A stretch of DNA of 64,000 bases, taken from contig CAYSNL010000001.1 of assembly GCA_964432435.1 (NCBI GenBank), positions 10,511-74,510 on the forward strand, given 5' to 3'. Numbering within the stretch: position 1 is the stretch's first letter; every line of letters begins with the position of its first letter. Shown one piece after another: positions 46,690-56,495 of the stretch. The position numbers and the translations under genes are program-made. The notes under the pieces were generated by a model. That model had not been told where the DNA came from and did no database searches. It was given only the letters and a program-made list of their open reading frames with translations. This DNA is from Candidatus Woesearchaeota archaeon (GTDB lineage: Archaea > Nanobdellota > Nanobdellia > SCGC-AAA011-G17 > JACPIM01).

Positions 46690-47625
46690 TTGTCGAAGAA
46701 GAATGATTCAATAGAAGAATTGCTAAAAAACGGCTTAATGAAATATGGCTCCGATAAGAGTTTGTTATTCGATAGGGTAGCATTTGGGATAGAGTCGTTA
46801 GACAAGCTAGTAGGCGGCGGGATACCTAAAAAGAGAATGTCATTGTTTACTGGCCCCCCAAGTTCAGGGAAATCATATTTAGCATCACAAGCTGTAGTTA
46901 GTGAACAAAAGAATGGTGGAGTAGCAGCTTGGATAGATACGGAGTTATCTTGGGATCCAGTTTGGATGGAAAGATGTGGGGTTGATATTGATAAAATTTA
47001 TTTAGTTCAGCCGACAACAGGAGAAGAAGCATTTGATACGATTAAAGTGTTAATGAATGAAAAAGTAGGAGTTATTGTTCTAGACAGTATTGCAGGAATA
47101 GTCCCGACAGCGGTGCAAGAAGAAGATTTTTCATACAATCCTGTAGCATGGCAGGCTAGGTTTGTTAATCAATCTATTCCTAAACTATTTCCTTCATTAA
47201 AGAACGGGTCAGCCTTAATCGTAATAAATCAAGTCCGTTCTAGTCTTGGGCCCGTGTCATTAGATAATATGCCAGGAGGAGTGGCACAGCAATTCTTTGC
47301 ACATTTCATATTGCAGATTAGGCGAGAAGGCTGGATAGAAGATGCTGATAAAAACAAGATGGGGTTTGACATAAAAATAAGTTGTAAGAAAAGTAAGGTT
47401 GGAGGACAGCCGTATCAATCTTGCACAGTCCCATTTAGACTAGAAGGTGGGATTGATCTTTTGGAAACTGTCATCAGAGAAGCATTAGACAAAGGTATAA
47501 TAGAACAAGCTAGGGCTTGGTTTAAATGGGGAGATCTTAAAGTGATTGGGATGAAAGGAGTTAAAGAATATTTGATAAATAATCCAGATAAAAAATTAGA
47601 GTTGGAAAGTTTAATCAAAGAATAG
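46690..47625 (+). CDS. RecA/RadA-family recombinase
   Basis: Walker A FTGPPSSGKSYLASQ, RecA-like core; TTG start. Confidence 0.65.
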   Translation: MSKKNDSIEELLKNGLMKYGSDKSLLFDRVAFGIESLDKLVGGGIPKKRMSLFTGPPSSGKSYLASQAVVSEQKNGGVAAWIDTELSWDPVWMERCGVDIDKIYLVQPTTGEEAFDTIKVLMNEKVGVIVLDSIAGIVPTAVQEEDFSYNPVAWQARFVNQSIPKLFPSLKNGSALIVINQVRSSLGPVSLDNMPGGVAQQFFAHFILQIRREGWIEDADKNKMGFDIKISCKKSKVGGQPYQSCTVPFRLEGGIDLLETVIREALDKGIIEQARAWFKWGDLKVIGMKGVKEYLINNPDKKLELESLIKE

Positions 47626-47813
47626 AATTAAATATGACTTGTCAATCTTGTAGTGGAAAGCTTACAGCGGTTAAGTCACTGCTGGAATCTAATGATTTTA
47701 CTGCAGTAGTTTTCTATAAAAGAATTGATAATAATAATAAGTATCCAATATATTGGTGGTATGATTGCTATTTGTGGGGCAGTTATTTGGACAATAATTG
47801 GGAGTTTATATAA

Positions 47814-48140
47814 ATGAATGGAAAAGGCTGGGTATTAAAATCTGCTGTCATGGAAGCTACTAAGTCATTACCTTTAAGAGGATGGATAGAAAGTCAGCCA
47901 TATAAGAATTCAATTCCATGTATAGTCCAGCCAGGAAAGAAAACAACTAGATTAATTAAAGAAAATGAAATGGCAGTAGAGATTATGCCTACTTGGGGGA
48001 AGTGTGTGTTAGTTGTGCCAAGAGAAGCTGTAGATATAGAGGTTCATTTAAAATCAGTGTCTATTCCATATAATCTATATTTAGAAGTGTCAAGATATGT
48101 TGGATTGGGGAAGTGTATAGGTGACAAAAGAGGTGGATGA
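47814..48140 (+). CDS. Hypothetical protein
   Basis: 108-aa ORF. Confidence 0.4.
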   Translation: MNGKGWVLKSAVMEATKSLPLRGWIESQPYKNSIPCIVQPGKKTTRLIKENEMAVEIMPTWGKCVLVVPREAVDIEVHLKSVSIPYNLYLEVSRYVGLGKCIGDKRGG

Positions 48141-48224
48141 ATAGATGATAGAGATTGTAATAATAACGTGTCTGGGTTTTACGGTAGGCGTGCTTTTGAG
48201 TAAGTTAGCTAGCACTAAATATAA

Positions 48225-48527
48225 ATGATAGCTAAAGACCATACCAAGCAAGAAAATCTTATTGCTGATGTATTATCAAATCTTGGAATTAGATATGTGC
48301 AACAATACAATATAGGTCAATATACCGTAGATTTATTTTTGCCAGAATTAAATTATGTGATTGAGGCAGACGGAGTGTACGGTCATTTTAAGAAGGGAGA
48401 TATAAAAAGAGACTTTATATTAGTATCAGACTTTGGAATAGACAAGGTAATTCATACTACTGAGAATACATATGCGGATATTCTTAAAAGGATAAAAGAA
48501 GAATGCCTGGAATTAGAAGACTCTTAG
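48225..48527 (+). CDS. Small PD-(D/E)xK-type endonuclease-like protein (DUF559/Vsr-like fold)
   Basis: VDLFLPE...VIEADGVYGHF arrangement (D...E.DG..H). Confidence 0.4.
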   Translation: MIAKDHTKQENLIADVLSNLGIRYVQQYNIGQYTVDLFLPELNYVIEADGVYGHFKKGDIKRDFILVSDFGIDKVIHTTENTYADILKRIKEECLELEDS

Positions 48528-49231
48528 GAGAAATATCTTCCAAACTAGTAAAAGAAGCAACCCCAAAAGATTCGTGGCTGATAAAAAAATTAGATGATTC
48601 TTTAGCAGCAATTCCTAATAGGCAATCTAGTGGGGGGGTATTTTATCCTTCTTCATTGGGGAGTAAGTGCGATAGATTTCTCTATTATCATTATAGAGGT
48701 CTAATTCCACAAGAGCCAATTAGTGCAAAATTAAGAAGAATTTTTGATCATGGTAATGTTACTCAGGATAGGTATCAAAAATATTTTGAAAAATTACGAG
48801 TTTTAATTTCTTGTGAGTTACAATTAAAATATTCTAATCCGCCAATTTCAGGTAGAGCAGATTTTATTCTTCAATATGCTGATGAAGAAGGAAAGAAAGA
48901 CCCAATAACAGGTATTATTAGATACACATTTGAAAATTATATTTTGGAGTTTAAGACAATAAATGATACTGGCTTTAAGAAATTAACAAAAGCAACCCCA
49001 GACCACGAAGCACAGTTACAATGCTATTTGAACATAGCAAATTTAACTAAGGGCGGGGTACTATATGAGAATAAAGATAATCAGGATTTGAAGCTATTTT
49101 CAACAGAACGGAATGTTGAATGGTGGAATACTATACTGGATAGGTGCAGAAAAGTAATGAATTTGCAAATTCCTCCAGAAATTGTTGAGCCACATGATAA
49201 GTATTGTAAATGCTTGTTAGTGAAAGGATAA
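48503..49231 (+). CDS. Cas4/RecB-like PD-(D/E)xK nuclease with Cys cluster
   Basis: ILEFKT (ExK) core; Cys at N-terminus and C-terminal CRKV...CKCLL consistent with an Fe-S Cas4-like nuclease. Confidence 0.4.
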   Translation: MPGIRRLLGEISSKLVKEATPKDSWLIKKLDDSLAAIPNRQSSGGVFYPSSLGSKCDRFLYYHYRGLIPQEPISAKLRRIFDHGNVTQDRYQKYFEKLRVLISCELQLKYSNPPISGRADFILQYADEEGKKDPITGIIRYTFENYILEFKTINDTGFKKLTKATPDHEAQLQCYLNIANLTKGGVLYENKDNQDLKLFSTERNVEWWNTILDRCRKVMNLQIPPEIVEPHDKYCKCLLVKG

Positions 49232-49232
49232 G

Positions 49233-49520
49233 ATGTCTAAAAAGTACACTATTGAATATTCTGTTGATATAGAGACATTGACAGAACGCGTAGTTATATT
49301 TTGTCGGGATGGTGCAGATATTTATGTTGCTTCACCGATGAGTTTTACTAAGATAGATGAGGCAGAGAGAATCATTCCTACATTAGAGGCTCGACTTGGG
49401 GAATTAGAAGGGCTTAAAAGAAAATTAACATCTAATTCAGAAGCATTAGAAGCAGAGTTAAAAGCCACTAAGTATCATCTTGAAGATATACGAAAATTGT
49501 TGGATTTGAAAAATGGGTAA
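49233..49520 (+). CDS. Hypothetical coiled-coil protein
   Basis: 95-aa ORF. Confidence 0.4.
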   Translation: MSKKYTIEYSVDIETLTERVVIFCRDGADIYVASPMSFTKIDEAERIIPTLEARLGELEGLKRKLTSNSEALEAELKATKYHLEDIRKLLDLKNG

Positions 49521-50166
49521 TGATAAACTTTTACCTAACCAAGTCTATGTAGTAGACAAAAATACAAAGGCGAAATGGATTTATGATATAGATCCAGAAG
49601 ACTTTGACTTGATTGCTACTCGTGGCGTGAGAGATGAGTATGGAAATATAACCTTAGAAACTCCATATTTAGCTGCATTGAAATATTGGACAGTAGAGAA
49701 AGCAATGAATACAGCTGACTTGTATGTAAAGGATTTAAATGTTCCGTCTATTGATATAAAGATAAAGGAAAAGCCTCCAGTAGATTTATCTCAATTGCAC
49801 AATAGCACTAATGACCAATTAGCAGAATATCTAGCATTTTTTGGGGGTTATCGAGCATATTTGGAGACCCAGTTATCTTATGTAGAGGCAAAGAAAGGTA
49901 TATTAGAATCTTCATTTGAAGAGGGGCTTTCTAAGATGTTTTATACTCTTGGGGATAAGTATAAAGATAGCAAAAAGCCATTGAAAGAAGCAATGCATGG
50001 AGAAAGTATGCAAATGAATCCATCATTGAAAAAGATAAAGCAAACTCTAATAGAGACGGAGGCTATATATAATAGAATACGTGGACTTAGAGATTCATAC
50101 AAGGTGGCATGGGATACAGTTAGTAGAGTAATAGCATTAAGACTGGGGTCTAAGGAAGGAGTATAA
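49513..50166 (+). CDS. Hypothetical protein
   Basis: 217-aa ORF. Confidence 0.45.
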   Translation: MGNDKLLPNQVYVVDKNTKAKWIYDIDPEDFDLIATRGVRDEYGNITLETPYLAALKYWTVEKAMNTADLYVKDLNVPSIDIKIKEKPPVDLSQLHNSTNDQLAEYLAFFGGYRAYLETQLSYVEAKKGILESSFEEGLSKMFYTLGDKYKDSKKPLKEAMHGESMQMNPSLKKIKQTLIETEAIYNRIRGLRDSYKVAWDTVSRVIALRLGSKEGV

Positions 50167-50174
50167 GTATTTAT

Positions 50175-50342
50175 ATGACTGAGGATGGGAGCGGCAAGAA
50201 TTATAGACTTTATGAAGATCTTTTAATTGCAATTGATAGGTATCTTCCAGAAGATAGTAATATTTTACCGGCAGATATTGTTGATATAATTTTGCCTACC
50301 ATTAAGAAGTCTATTGAAATTCTAGGATATTTTACATCTTGA
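50175..50342 (+). CDS. Small hypothetical protein (55 aa, below ORF-track threshold)
   Basis: ATG at 50175 to TGA at 50340-50342 on the + strand. Fills a gap otherwise covered only by a minus-strand ORF. Confidence 0.3.
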   Translation: MTEDGSGKNYRLYEDLLIAIDRYLPEDSNILPADIVDIILPTIKKSIEILGYFTS

Positions 50343-50438
50343 TCATGTGAGGATAGAGGAGGAGAAAAAATGAATGTTAGTTCCTCTTTCAAAAACTCTA
50401 ATCGAGAAATTTGAAGATTATACCAATGGGTAGTTTTT

Positions 50439-50696
50439 ATGAATAAGCATAGGTCTTTTCTCAAAGATAGTAAATTAGTAAATAACTGGTACTGTCCAAA
50501 ATGTACAGTCTATGTGGATGTAAGACGGTATAAAGAATCAGCAAGAAATAACATGATTCTTTATGAAAGAAATGACTGTGAAAAATGCGGTATGACGCTG
50601 TATGAACTTATGCCATCATATTATTGTGTTAAATGCGGTAAGCTAGAAGTTCTAAATTCTGATTTTCTGTGCAAAGGATGTGTGACAAATGGATAA
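50439..50696 (+). CDS. Zinc-ribbon protein (three CxxC pairs)
   Basis: CPKCTVY...CEKCG...CVKCG...CKGC. Confidence 0.4.
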   Translation: MNKHRSFLKDSKLVNNWYCPKCTVYVDVRRYKESARNNMILYERNDCEKCGMTLYELMPSYYCVKCGKLEVLNSDFLCKGCVTNG

Positions 50697-50815
50697 AGAA
50701 AATTTGTTTGAAGTTGAGGATTTAATTTCATACATTGAGCTTGCCTGTGGGGCATTAAGATATGCTCAAATGCAATCAAATCAAGCTTTATGGGAAAGTA
50801 TTTTGGATGACATAA

Positions 50816-51343
50816 TTGGTTCAGCTAACCAATTGCAAGAGGCTGGACTTGAAGAAAGAGAGTAATTATTACATAGGCGTAGACTGTAGCTCCAAAAGCA
50901 TTCATTGCGTTAGTCTAAATGATAGTGCGAAGATAGCTTTCATAGCCTCATTTAAAACTGATAAAGAGGGTTTAGATGAGCGCATGTATATGTTATATGA
51001 TGATCTAATAAAGTTCGTTGAAGATAATTTATACATATTTAAGCATAAGGTTATTGTAGTAGTAGAAAATTCCATTTATATTCAGAATGTGAGAGCAACA
51101 ATTGGCATATCTCAAACGGTAGCAGCATCAAAGCTTGTGTTTAACAAATTTGGGGCTGCTGTTTTTGGGATTGACAATAAGTCCTGGAAAAAGGACGTAT
51201 TAGCTTCTGGTAAGGCAGAGAAAAGCTTGATAAAAAAATTTGCTCTTACAAAATGGCCAGATGATTTAAATGAAACAATGGATCAAGACTTTTTCGATGC
51301 AGCCTGTATAGCATATTACGGTTTTAGTAAGTTTGGTAAATAG
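50816..51343 (+). CDS. RuvC-like Holliday junction resolvase
   Basis: N-terminal YYIGVDCSSKS (first catalytic Asp strand) and C-terminal FFDAACIAYYG (RuvC D-AADA-A motif). Confidence 0.5.
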   Translation: MVQLTNCKRLDLKKESNYYIGVDCSSKSIHCVSLNDSAKIAFIASFKTDKEGLDERMYMLYDDLIKFVEDNLYIFKHKVIVVVENSIYIQNVRATIGISQTVAASKLVFNKFGAAVFGIDNKSWKKDVLASGKAEKSLIKKFALTKWPDDLNETMDQDFFDAACIAYYGFSKFGK

Positions 51344-51346
51344 GCG

Positions 51347-52498
51347 ATGACTAGAATATTTATAACTTCAAAAGAATCAACACAGGCCCCGACTTTAGAG
51401 TCAGAAAATATTAAGCCAGTGATGATTGATATTTTTTCTCATAGACTGACGTCGTATAATGCATTTAATATGCAAAGAGCTCTTGCTATTGAAGATTTAG
51501 TGCGTAAATATAATAAATCTATTCATACAACAGAAGTTGTTTTGAGTCCTACTAATGAGATTAAATTTAATGATATTAATATAGTGAAACATGGGGCGGC
51601 AATTTATGCAGAGGATTTGCAGGGGTCGTCTATGATAAATTGCTTAATTTTTAAGAACCTAGAAGTTATTTCTATTAGTTTTGATATATATAGATTAACT
51701 AGCGCCGTTCGCTCAATAAGCATTACACATGTTGGAAAAAGAGATGAATGTCTTAAGTCTATTTTAGAATATTTTAATAGTTTAGGGTTTTCTACTGATT
51801 CTGGAAAAGATAATAAGACCACTGTCATATATGGATTTCCTGGGGAAAGAGGTCCCAGAACAGTGGCCAGGGATTTTATTAAATTACCATTTAAAGATAT
51901 TAGAAAAAACTATTCAATGGAGACTCAAAGTAAGATTGGTGTCTTGATTGCTCAATTAGCTGATGCCGCTGTAAAAAGTGGGATTGTTATTTTCAATGGG
52001 CCAGTTGGCACTGGGAAAAGCTATTTAATCAGATCATTATTGTCAGATTTATCAAGTCGTCAAAGCATTGTTTTGTCTCCCCCCGAATATTTTCTAAATG
52101 ATATTGGAATGATGCAATCAGTAATAGCTGAGTACCCCAAGTCATTTGTAATTTTGGAAGACTTGGGAGAAATGTTAGCTATTGATGGCAGCGCTAGAAG
52201 TGCTAGTATTACATCAAATTTATTGAACGCCACCTCAGGTCTCCTATCTTTACTGTCAGATACAATTTTTATTCTTACTTTCAATCATGACATAGGAAAG
52301 CTTAATCCTGCATTTTTGAGACCTGGGAGGTGTTTGGGAAAAATTGAAATTGGAAATTTGTCACTTGATTATGCTCAAACTTTGACTAAAGTAAAGTTAG
52401 TTAGACAATCTTATTCTTTAGCTGAAATATATGAAATTAATCGTACAGGAAAGGATATTGAAAATTTTTCTGATAAGGCTTTAGGACTTAAAAGATGA
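51347..52498 (+). CDS. AAA-type P-loop ATPase
   Basis: Walker A FNGPVGTGKSYLIRSL; Walker B-like VILEDLGE. Confidence 0.6.
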   Translation: MTRIFITSKESTQAPTLESENIKPVMIDIFSHRLTSYNAFNMQRALAIEDLVRKYNKSIHTTEVVLSPTNEIKFNDINIVKHGAAIYAEDLQGSSMINCLIFKNLEVISISFDIYRLTSAVRSISITHVGKRDECLKSILEYFNSLGFSTDSGKDNKTTVIYGFPGERGPRTVARDFIKLPFKDIRKNYSMETQSKIGVLIAQLADAAVKSGIVIFNGPVGTGKSYLIRSLLSDLSSRQSIVLSPPEYFLNDIGMMQSVIAEYPKSFVILEDLGEMLAIDGSARSASITSNLLNATSGLLSLLSDTIFILTFNHDIGKLNPAFLRPGRCLGKIEIGNLSLDYAQTLTKVKLVRQSYSLAEIYEINRTGKDIENFSDKALGLKR

Positions 52499-52926
52499 AA
52501 ACATGGTATTTATCATATAATAATAAAGACGAGTTTGAAATTAATATTGGGACAAAAAGTTTAATCTTGACATTTTTATCTGATATAATAGATTTTATAA
52601 ATCATAATGTTTTAAAGTATGTCCCGATGGTGCCATTTCCAATTATTCATTGGGGAAATTGGATTTGTGAAAACAAAAGGATACATTTTCACATGTCATA
52701 TAATTGGTATGGATGGAGCATTGGAGATATATTGTGTATGACTTTAGAAGGCTATTTGTTTAATAAGTCATTGGACAATGAGAGACAGATACTTAGTTTT
52801 AGTGTATCAGAGGAAGACTTAGCTAAATTTTATGGGAGAGATGCTGATTTTATTCAGGAGTGCAAAGAAAATGATAGAAACTATGTCCCCAACAAGTTTG
52901 GAAGTGCAAAAGAAAATAACAAATAG
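52495..52926 (+). CDS. Hypothetical protein
   Basis: 143-aa ORF; ATGA coupling with the ATPase gene. Confidence 0.45.
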   Translation: MKTWYLSYNNKDEFEINIGTKSLILTFLSDIIDFINHNVLKYVPMVPFPIIHWGNWICENKRIHFHMSYNWYGWSIGDILCMTLEGYLFNKSLDNERQILSFSVSEEDLAKFYGRDADFIQECKENDRNYVPNKFGSAKENNK

Positions 52927-53097
52927 TTGTGTAGTGCCTGAGTGCACCAGCAGACAAAGCAGGTCGAACAATAAAGTAGGATTATGTTTTAGGCACGCAG
53001 AATGGTTATACTTTTTGCTATGGGCTTTACCTAGAATTACATTAGAAAAACAAGCAGAATCAGGTTTGTGGACTCCTGAGAAGAAAGGATAGGAAAT

Positions 53098-54585
53098 ATG
53101 TATCAAGTCATCGGGAAAAATTATATAAATGGTCAATGGGTGGAGCTCAAGAATCATTTTTATTCATTAAATCCGTCTAATACAAATGAAGATATCGGGA
53201 TTTTTCCTCAGTCTGTATATTCTGAAGTAGATTTAGCTGTTGAGGCTGCAAAAGATGCCTTTAGATCTTGGAAAAGTTTGTCTAGAATTAATAGGGCGGA
53301 GTATTTTAATGCATTTGTAAAAAATGTGGAGAAAAATTTTGATGAACTTGTGCATTTAATGTGTAGGGAAAGCGGAAAACAAATAAATGAATGCAAAGCT
53401 GATGTAATTGAAGGGATTCATATGGCTCAATATAACTTTGGTAGAGCAAGGATGCCATATGGAGAAGTAATGGCATCAGAAATTGCTAGTAAGGATGCAT
53501 TTATGTTGCGAAAACCAAAAGGGGTAATCGCAGCAATAACTCCTTGGAATTTTCCGTTTGCTATTCCTTTATGGTTAATTATTCCATCTTTGCTAGAAGG
53601 AAACACTGTTGTATTCAAACCGTCAGAAGACACTCCTGCTGTAGGAGAATTTTTAGTTAAAATGTTTGATGAAGTTAGTTTACCCCCAGGAGTATTAAAT
53701 CTAGTTCAGGGAGATGGGGGGACTGGATGGGATTTAGTTACAAATACTGATATTAAGGTAGTGTTATTTACTGGCTCCTATGCTGTTGGGTCTAAAATTA
53801 GGAAAGAATGTGCTGGTTCTATAGACAAAATGGCAGTGTGCGAGATGGGCGGGAAAAACGCTATTATTGTGTTGGAAGATGCAGATTTGGATTTAGCAGT
53901 AAATGCATGCATTTTAAGTGCCTTCAAAACTGCTGGTCAAAGATGTGTATCTGCTTCCAGATTGATAGTTCATAGGTCTATTTTGAAAGAATTTGAGGAT
54001 AAATTTGTAAATAAGGCTAAAAATTTAATAGTTGGGGATCCTCTTGATTCAAGCACCTTTATGGGGCCAGTAATAAATCTAGAGGCTATTAATAAAATTT
54101 TGTCTTATAATGATATGGCTCGGAAAGAGGGTGTTGAAATATTATTAAATGGTTCCAGACTTGTAGAAGGGAAATATTGGGATGGGTATTTCATGTCTCC
54201 ATTTGTATATGAAACGGAAAATAGATTTTCTAAAGTCTTGAAGGAAGAGGTGTTTGGGCCTCATGTGGCTATTATCCCATTTGATACATTAGAAGATGCA
54301 GTCAGTCTATATAATAGTACTGATTATGGTTTTGCATTAGCTGTAATATCTAATGATTATCGTAAGATTAAATATTTACAGCAGAATTGTGATTTTGGAG
54401 TGGGATATGTAAATCTTCCCAGCATAGGCGCAGAAGTTCATTTGCCATTTGGTGGTACAAAGAAGAGTGGTTCTGGGATGCCTTCAGCCTCTGCTTTAAT
54501 TGATGCTGTAACACACAGAGTAGCCTGGACTGTTAACTATGCAGATGAAATTCAATTAGCCCAAGGATTAAATGCAAAGGTATGA
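53098..54585 (+). CDS. NAD(P)-dependent aldehyde dehydrogenase
   Basis: ALDH Glu site CEMGGKNAI, Cys site FKTAGQRCVSASR, cofactor-binding FTGSYAVGSKI, and WNFPFAIP. Confidence 0.9.
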   Translation: MYQVIGKNYINGQWVELKNHFYSLNPSNTNEDIGIFPQSVYSEVDLAVEAAKDAFRSWKSLSRINRAEYFNAFVKNVEKNFDELVHLMCRESGKQINECKADVIEGIHMAQYNFGRARMPYGEVMASEIASKDAFMLRKPKGVIAAITPWNFPFAIPLWLIIPSLLEGNTVVFKPSEDTPAVGEFLVKMFDEVSLPPGVLNLVQGDGGTGWDLVTNTDIKVVLFTGSYAVGSKIRKECAGSIDKMAVCEMGGKNAIIVLEDADLDLAVNACILSAFKTAGQRCVSASRLIVHRSILKEFEDKFVNKAKNLIVGDPLDSSTFMGPVINLEAINKILSYNDMARKEGVEILLNGSRLVEGKYWDGYFMSPFVYETENRFSKVLKEEVFGPHVAIIPFDTLEDAVSLYNSTDYGFALAVISNDYRKIKYLQQNCDFGVGYVNLPSIGAEVHLPFGGTKKSGSGMPSASALIDAVTHRVAWTVNYADEIQLAQGLNAKV

Positions 54586-54628
54586 AATGGATTTGTAGTA
54601 GTAGATTTATAGAACCGGAAGTATTTTA

Positions 54629-54865
54629 ATGATATGGCAAGATATTGTAATAATGATTGGCCAAGTCTTATTTTCAATTTCGTTAATTCCAATTTTGCGG
54701 GCTAAAACTAAGCCTCCAAAGTTTACGTGTTTTTTAACAGCCAGTATTTTAGGCAGTTTCTTTATAACATTTGGGACATTGTCTTTATGGATGTCAATGT
54801 TTTCATGTCTCCTAAATGGAACTTTATGGTGTTGGATAGGATTACAGAAAGGCATAAGAATATGA
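54629..54865 (+). CDS. Small integral membrane protein
   Basis: 78 aa, two hydrophobic helices; ATGA coupling to the HAD gene. Confidence 0.35.
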   Translation: MIWQDIVIMIGQVLFSISLIPILRAKTKPPKFTCFLTASILGSFFITFGTLSLWMSMFSCLLNGTLWCWIGLQKGIRI

Positions 54866-55419
54866 ATATAGCTATAGATATTGAAGGGACTGTTGCTGAT
54901 GTGCACGAAGCATTTTTACAATGGTTTAATACTAAGTATGACACTAATTTTACGATTAAAGATATTGACAATTGGAATATAGCAAAGACAAAATTAGGAA
55001 TAACAACATCAGAGTTTATTGAATCTCTTAGAAAGCTATGGAAACAACAATGCACTATGACTTTGACAGATAGTAATATCCCAAAGATAATTGATAGGTT
55101 AATAGATTCAGGGCATAGAATTTATTTTGTGACTGCTCATTATGAGGTCGCGCCACAAATTATTGATTGGATTAATAAGAATAGACTAAAACATTCGGGC
55201 TTCATGGCTGTAAAGAATACAGAAGTAAAGAAGATTCTTTCATTTGATTTATTTATTGATGATTGCCCATTATTAGTGGAATCTTTAGGGCACCGACTTT
55301 TTTTATATAATAGACCATATAATACAAATACAAAAGCTATTAATCGTTTTACTGATTTTTCAGAATTAACTAATCGAATAAACATGTGGCCAAGGAGGGG
55401 AGAGAATGAAAGCTTGTAA
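54862..55419 (+). CDS. HAD-superfamily phosphatase / 5'(3')-deoxyribonucleotidase-like
   Basis: N-terminal DxDxT motif MNIAIDIEGTV. Start set to the ATG at 54862 rather than the track start 54727. Confidence 0.55.
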   Translation: MNIAIDIEGTVADVHEAFLQWFNTKYDTNFTIKDIDNWNIAKTKLGITTSEFIESLRKLWKQQCTMTLTDSNIPKIIDRLIDSGHRIYFVTAHYEVAPQIIDWINKNRLKHSGFMAVKNTEVKKILSFDLFIDDCPLLVESLGHRLFLYNRPYNTNTKAINRFTDFSELTNRINMWPRRGENESL

Positions 55420-55801
55420 GACTGAGATAAATATTAGCTGTGAGTGCTCAGGAGATAGTTGTTCATTGAAGGCATTGGAATCCTATCGAAAATTCATTTG
55501 GTGTGATGCTGTAGATTGTGTTTGGAATATGAATCCCTTACCCTTTAAGAAATATGTTCAAGTTAATGATAATTTTAAGTCCTTGCCTAATGATAATGTC
55601 AAGGGATTATGCACCAGGCAAGAAATTAGATTAACAGCTAGAGAAGTTGAGACATTGCGTGTTAAACATAAATTAGCAGGTTGTGCAGTTCGAAGTGATA
55701 AAAGAATAACAGGTCATATGGATTGGGGAAAGTTTCCTGAAGGGGGGAACATCCCAGATCCAGTTGATCCTGCTATTGGTGGTTCTGAGTTATTAGGATA
55801 G
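55406..55801 (+). CDS. Cys-rich hypothetical protein
   Basis: 131-aa ORF. Confidence 0.4.
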   Translation: MKACKTEINISCECSGDSCSLKALESYRKFIWCDAVDCVWNMNPLPFKKYVQVNDNFKSLPNDNVKGLCTRQEIRLTAREVETLRVKHKLAGCAVRSDKRITGHMDWGKFPEGGNIPDPVDPAIGGSELLG

Positions 55802-55802
55802 T

Positions 55803-56315
55803 ATGTCTGACGATTACACAGAAGATCAAAGAAAATTCGCTTTAGATTTATACCTAGACGGCATGACAGCCGTGAAAATTGCTCGTAGGTTTTCTAGTGA
55901 GTATAATTCTTTGATTAGGGCATCAACAATTACTCAATGGATCAATAAATATGAATGGAAGAATATTAGAGCAGAATTGCGTAATCAAGCTATTGCAGAA
56001 ATAATGCAAAGAAACAAAAGCTCTCTTATTAAGACTTCTGAAGAGCATGCTAAGACATACCGAAAATTGTGGAAAAAGGGGGAGGAAGCCCTAGAAAGAG
56101 AAAAAAGTCCTGCTAAAATTCTTGACCCAAGCGATGCTATAAAAGCAATAGATGCGGGAATACAGGGAGAGAGGAAAGTAATTTTAGGCATTGTTAATAT
56201 GAAATTTGTTCAGGATGTCTTAGGGGTAATTGTAGAAGAAGTTAACGATCAAACTGTATTAAACAAAATAGCTATTAGGCTGAAAAAACTAGCTTCAGAA
56301 ATGATGGAAGGTTAA
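55803..56315 (+). CDS. Putative terminase small subunit (HTH DNA-binding)
   Basis: HTH-like N-terminus (DLYLDGMTAVKIARRF) and position directly upstream of the large terminase gene. Confidence 0.4.
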   Translation: MSDDYTEDQRKFALDLYLDGMTAVKIARRFSSEYNSLIRASTITQWINKYEWKNIRAELRNQAIAEIMQRNKSSLIKTSEEHAKTYRKLWKKGEEALEREKSPAKILDPSDAIKAIDAGIQGERKVILGIVNMKFVQDVLGVIVEEVNDQTVLNKIAIRLKKLASEMMEG

Positions 56316-56495
56316 AGAAAGTGAGAGTCACTGATTTGGATTTAGAACAATTTATTGCACAGTGCAAGTCTTGTAAGGATACTTTTGTAATTGATTATGT
56401 TAAGAGATATAAATATTTTGAAAGTCAATTAGCTTTTACAGTAAGAGATGGTCAATTTAGACATAGATGTGGTGGATTGATTAGGATTTTTACAA

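Noticed and set aside
52832-53092. 86-aa + strand ORF overlapping the end of 52495-52926
   Set aside because: 95-nt out-of-frame overlap and no RBS; kept out of the feature list although a small Cys-containing gene cannot be excluded.
54727-54861. Track start of the HAD phosphatase ORF at 54727
   Set aside because: That N-terminal extension overlaps the small membrane-protein gene in another frame. The HAD DxDxT motif begins right at the internal ATG (54862), which forms an ATGA junction.
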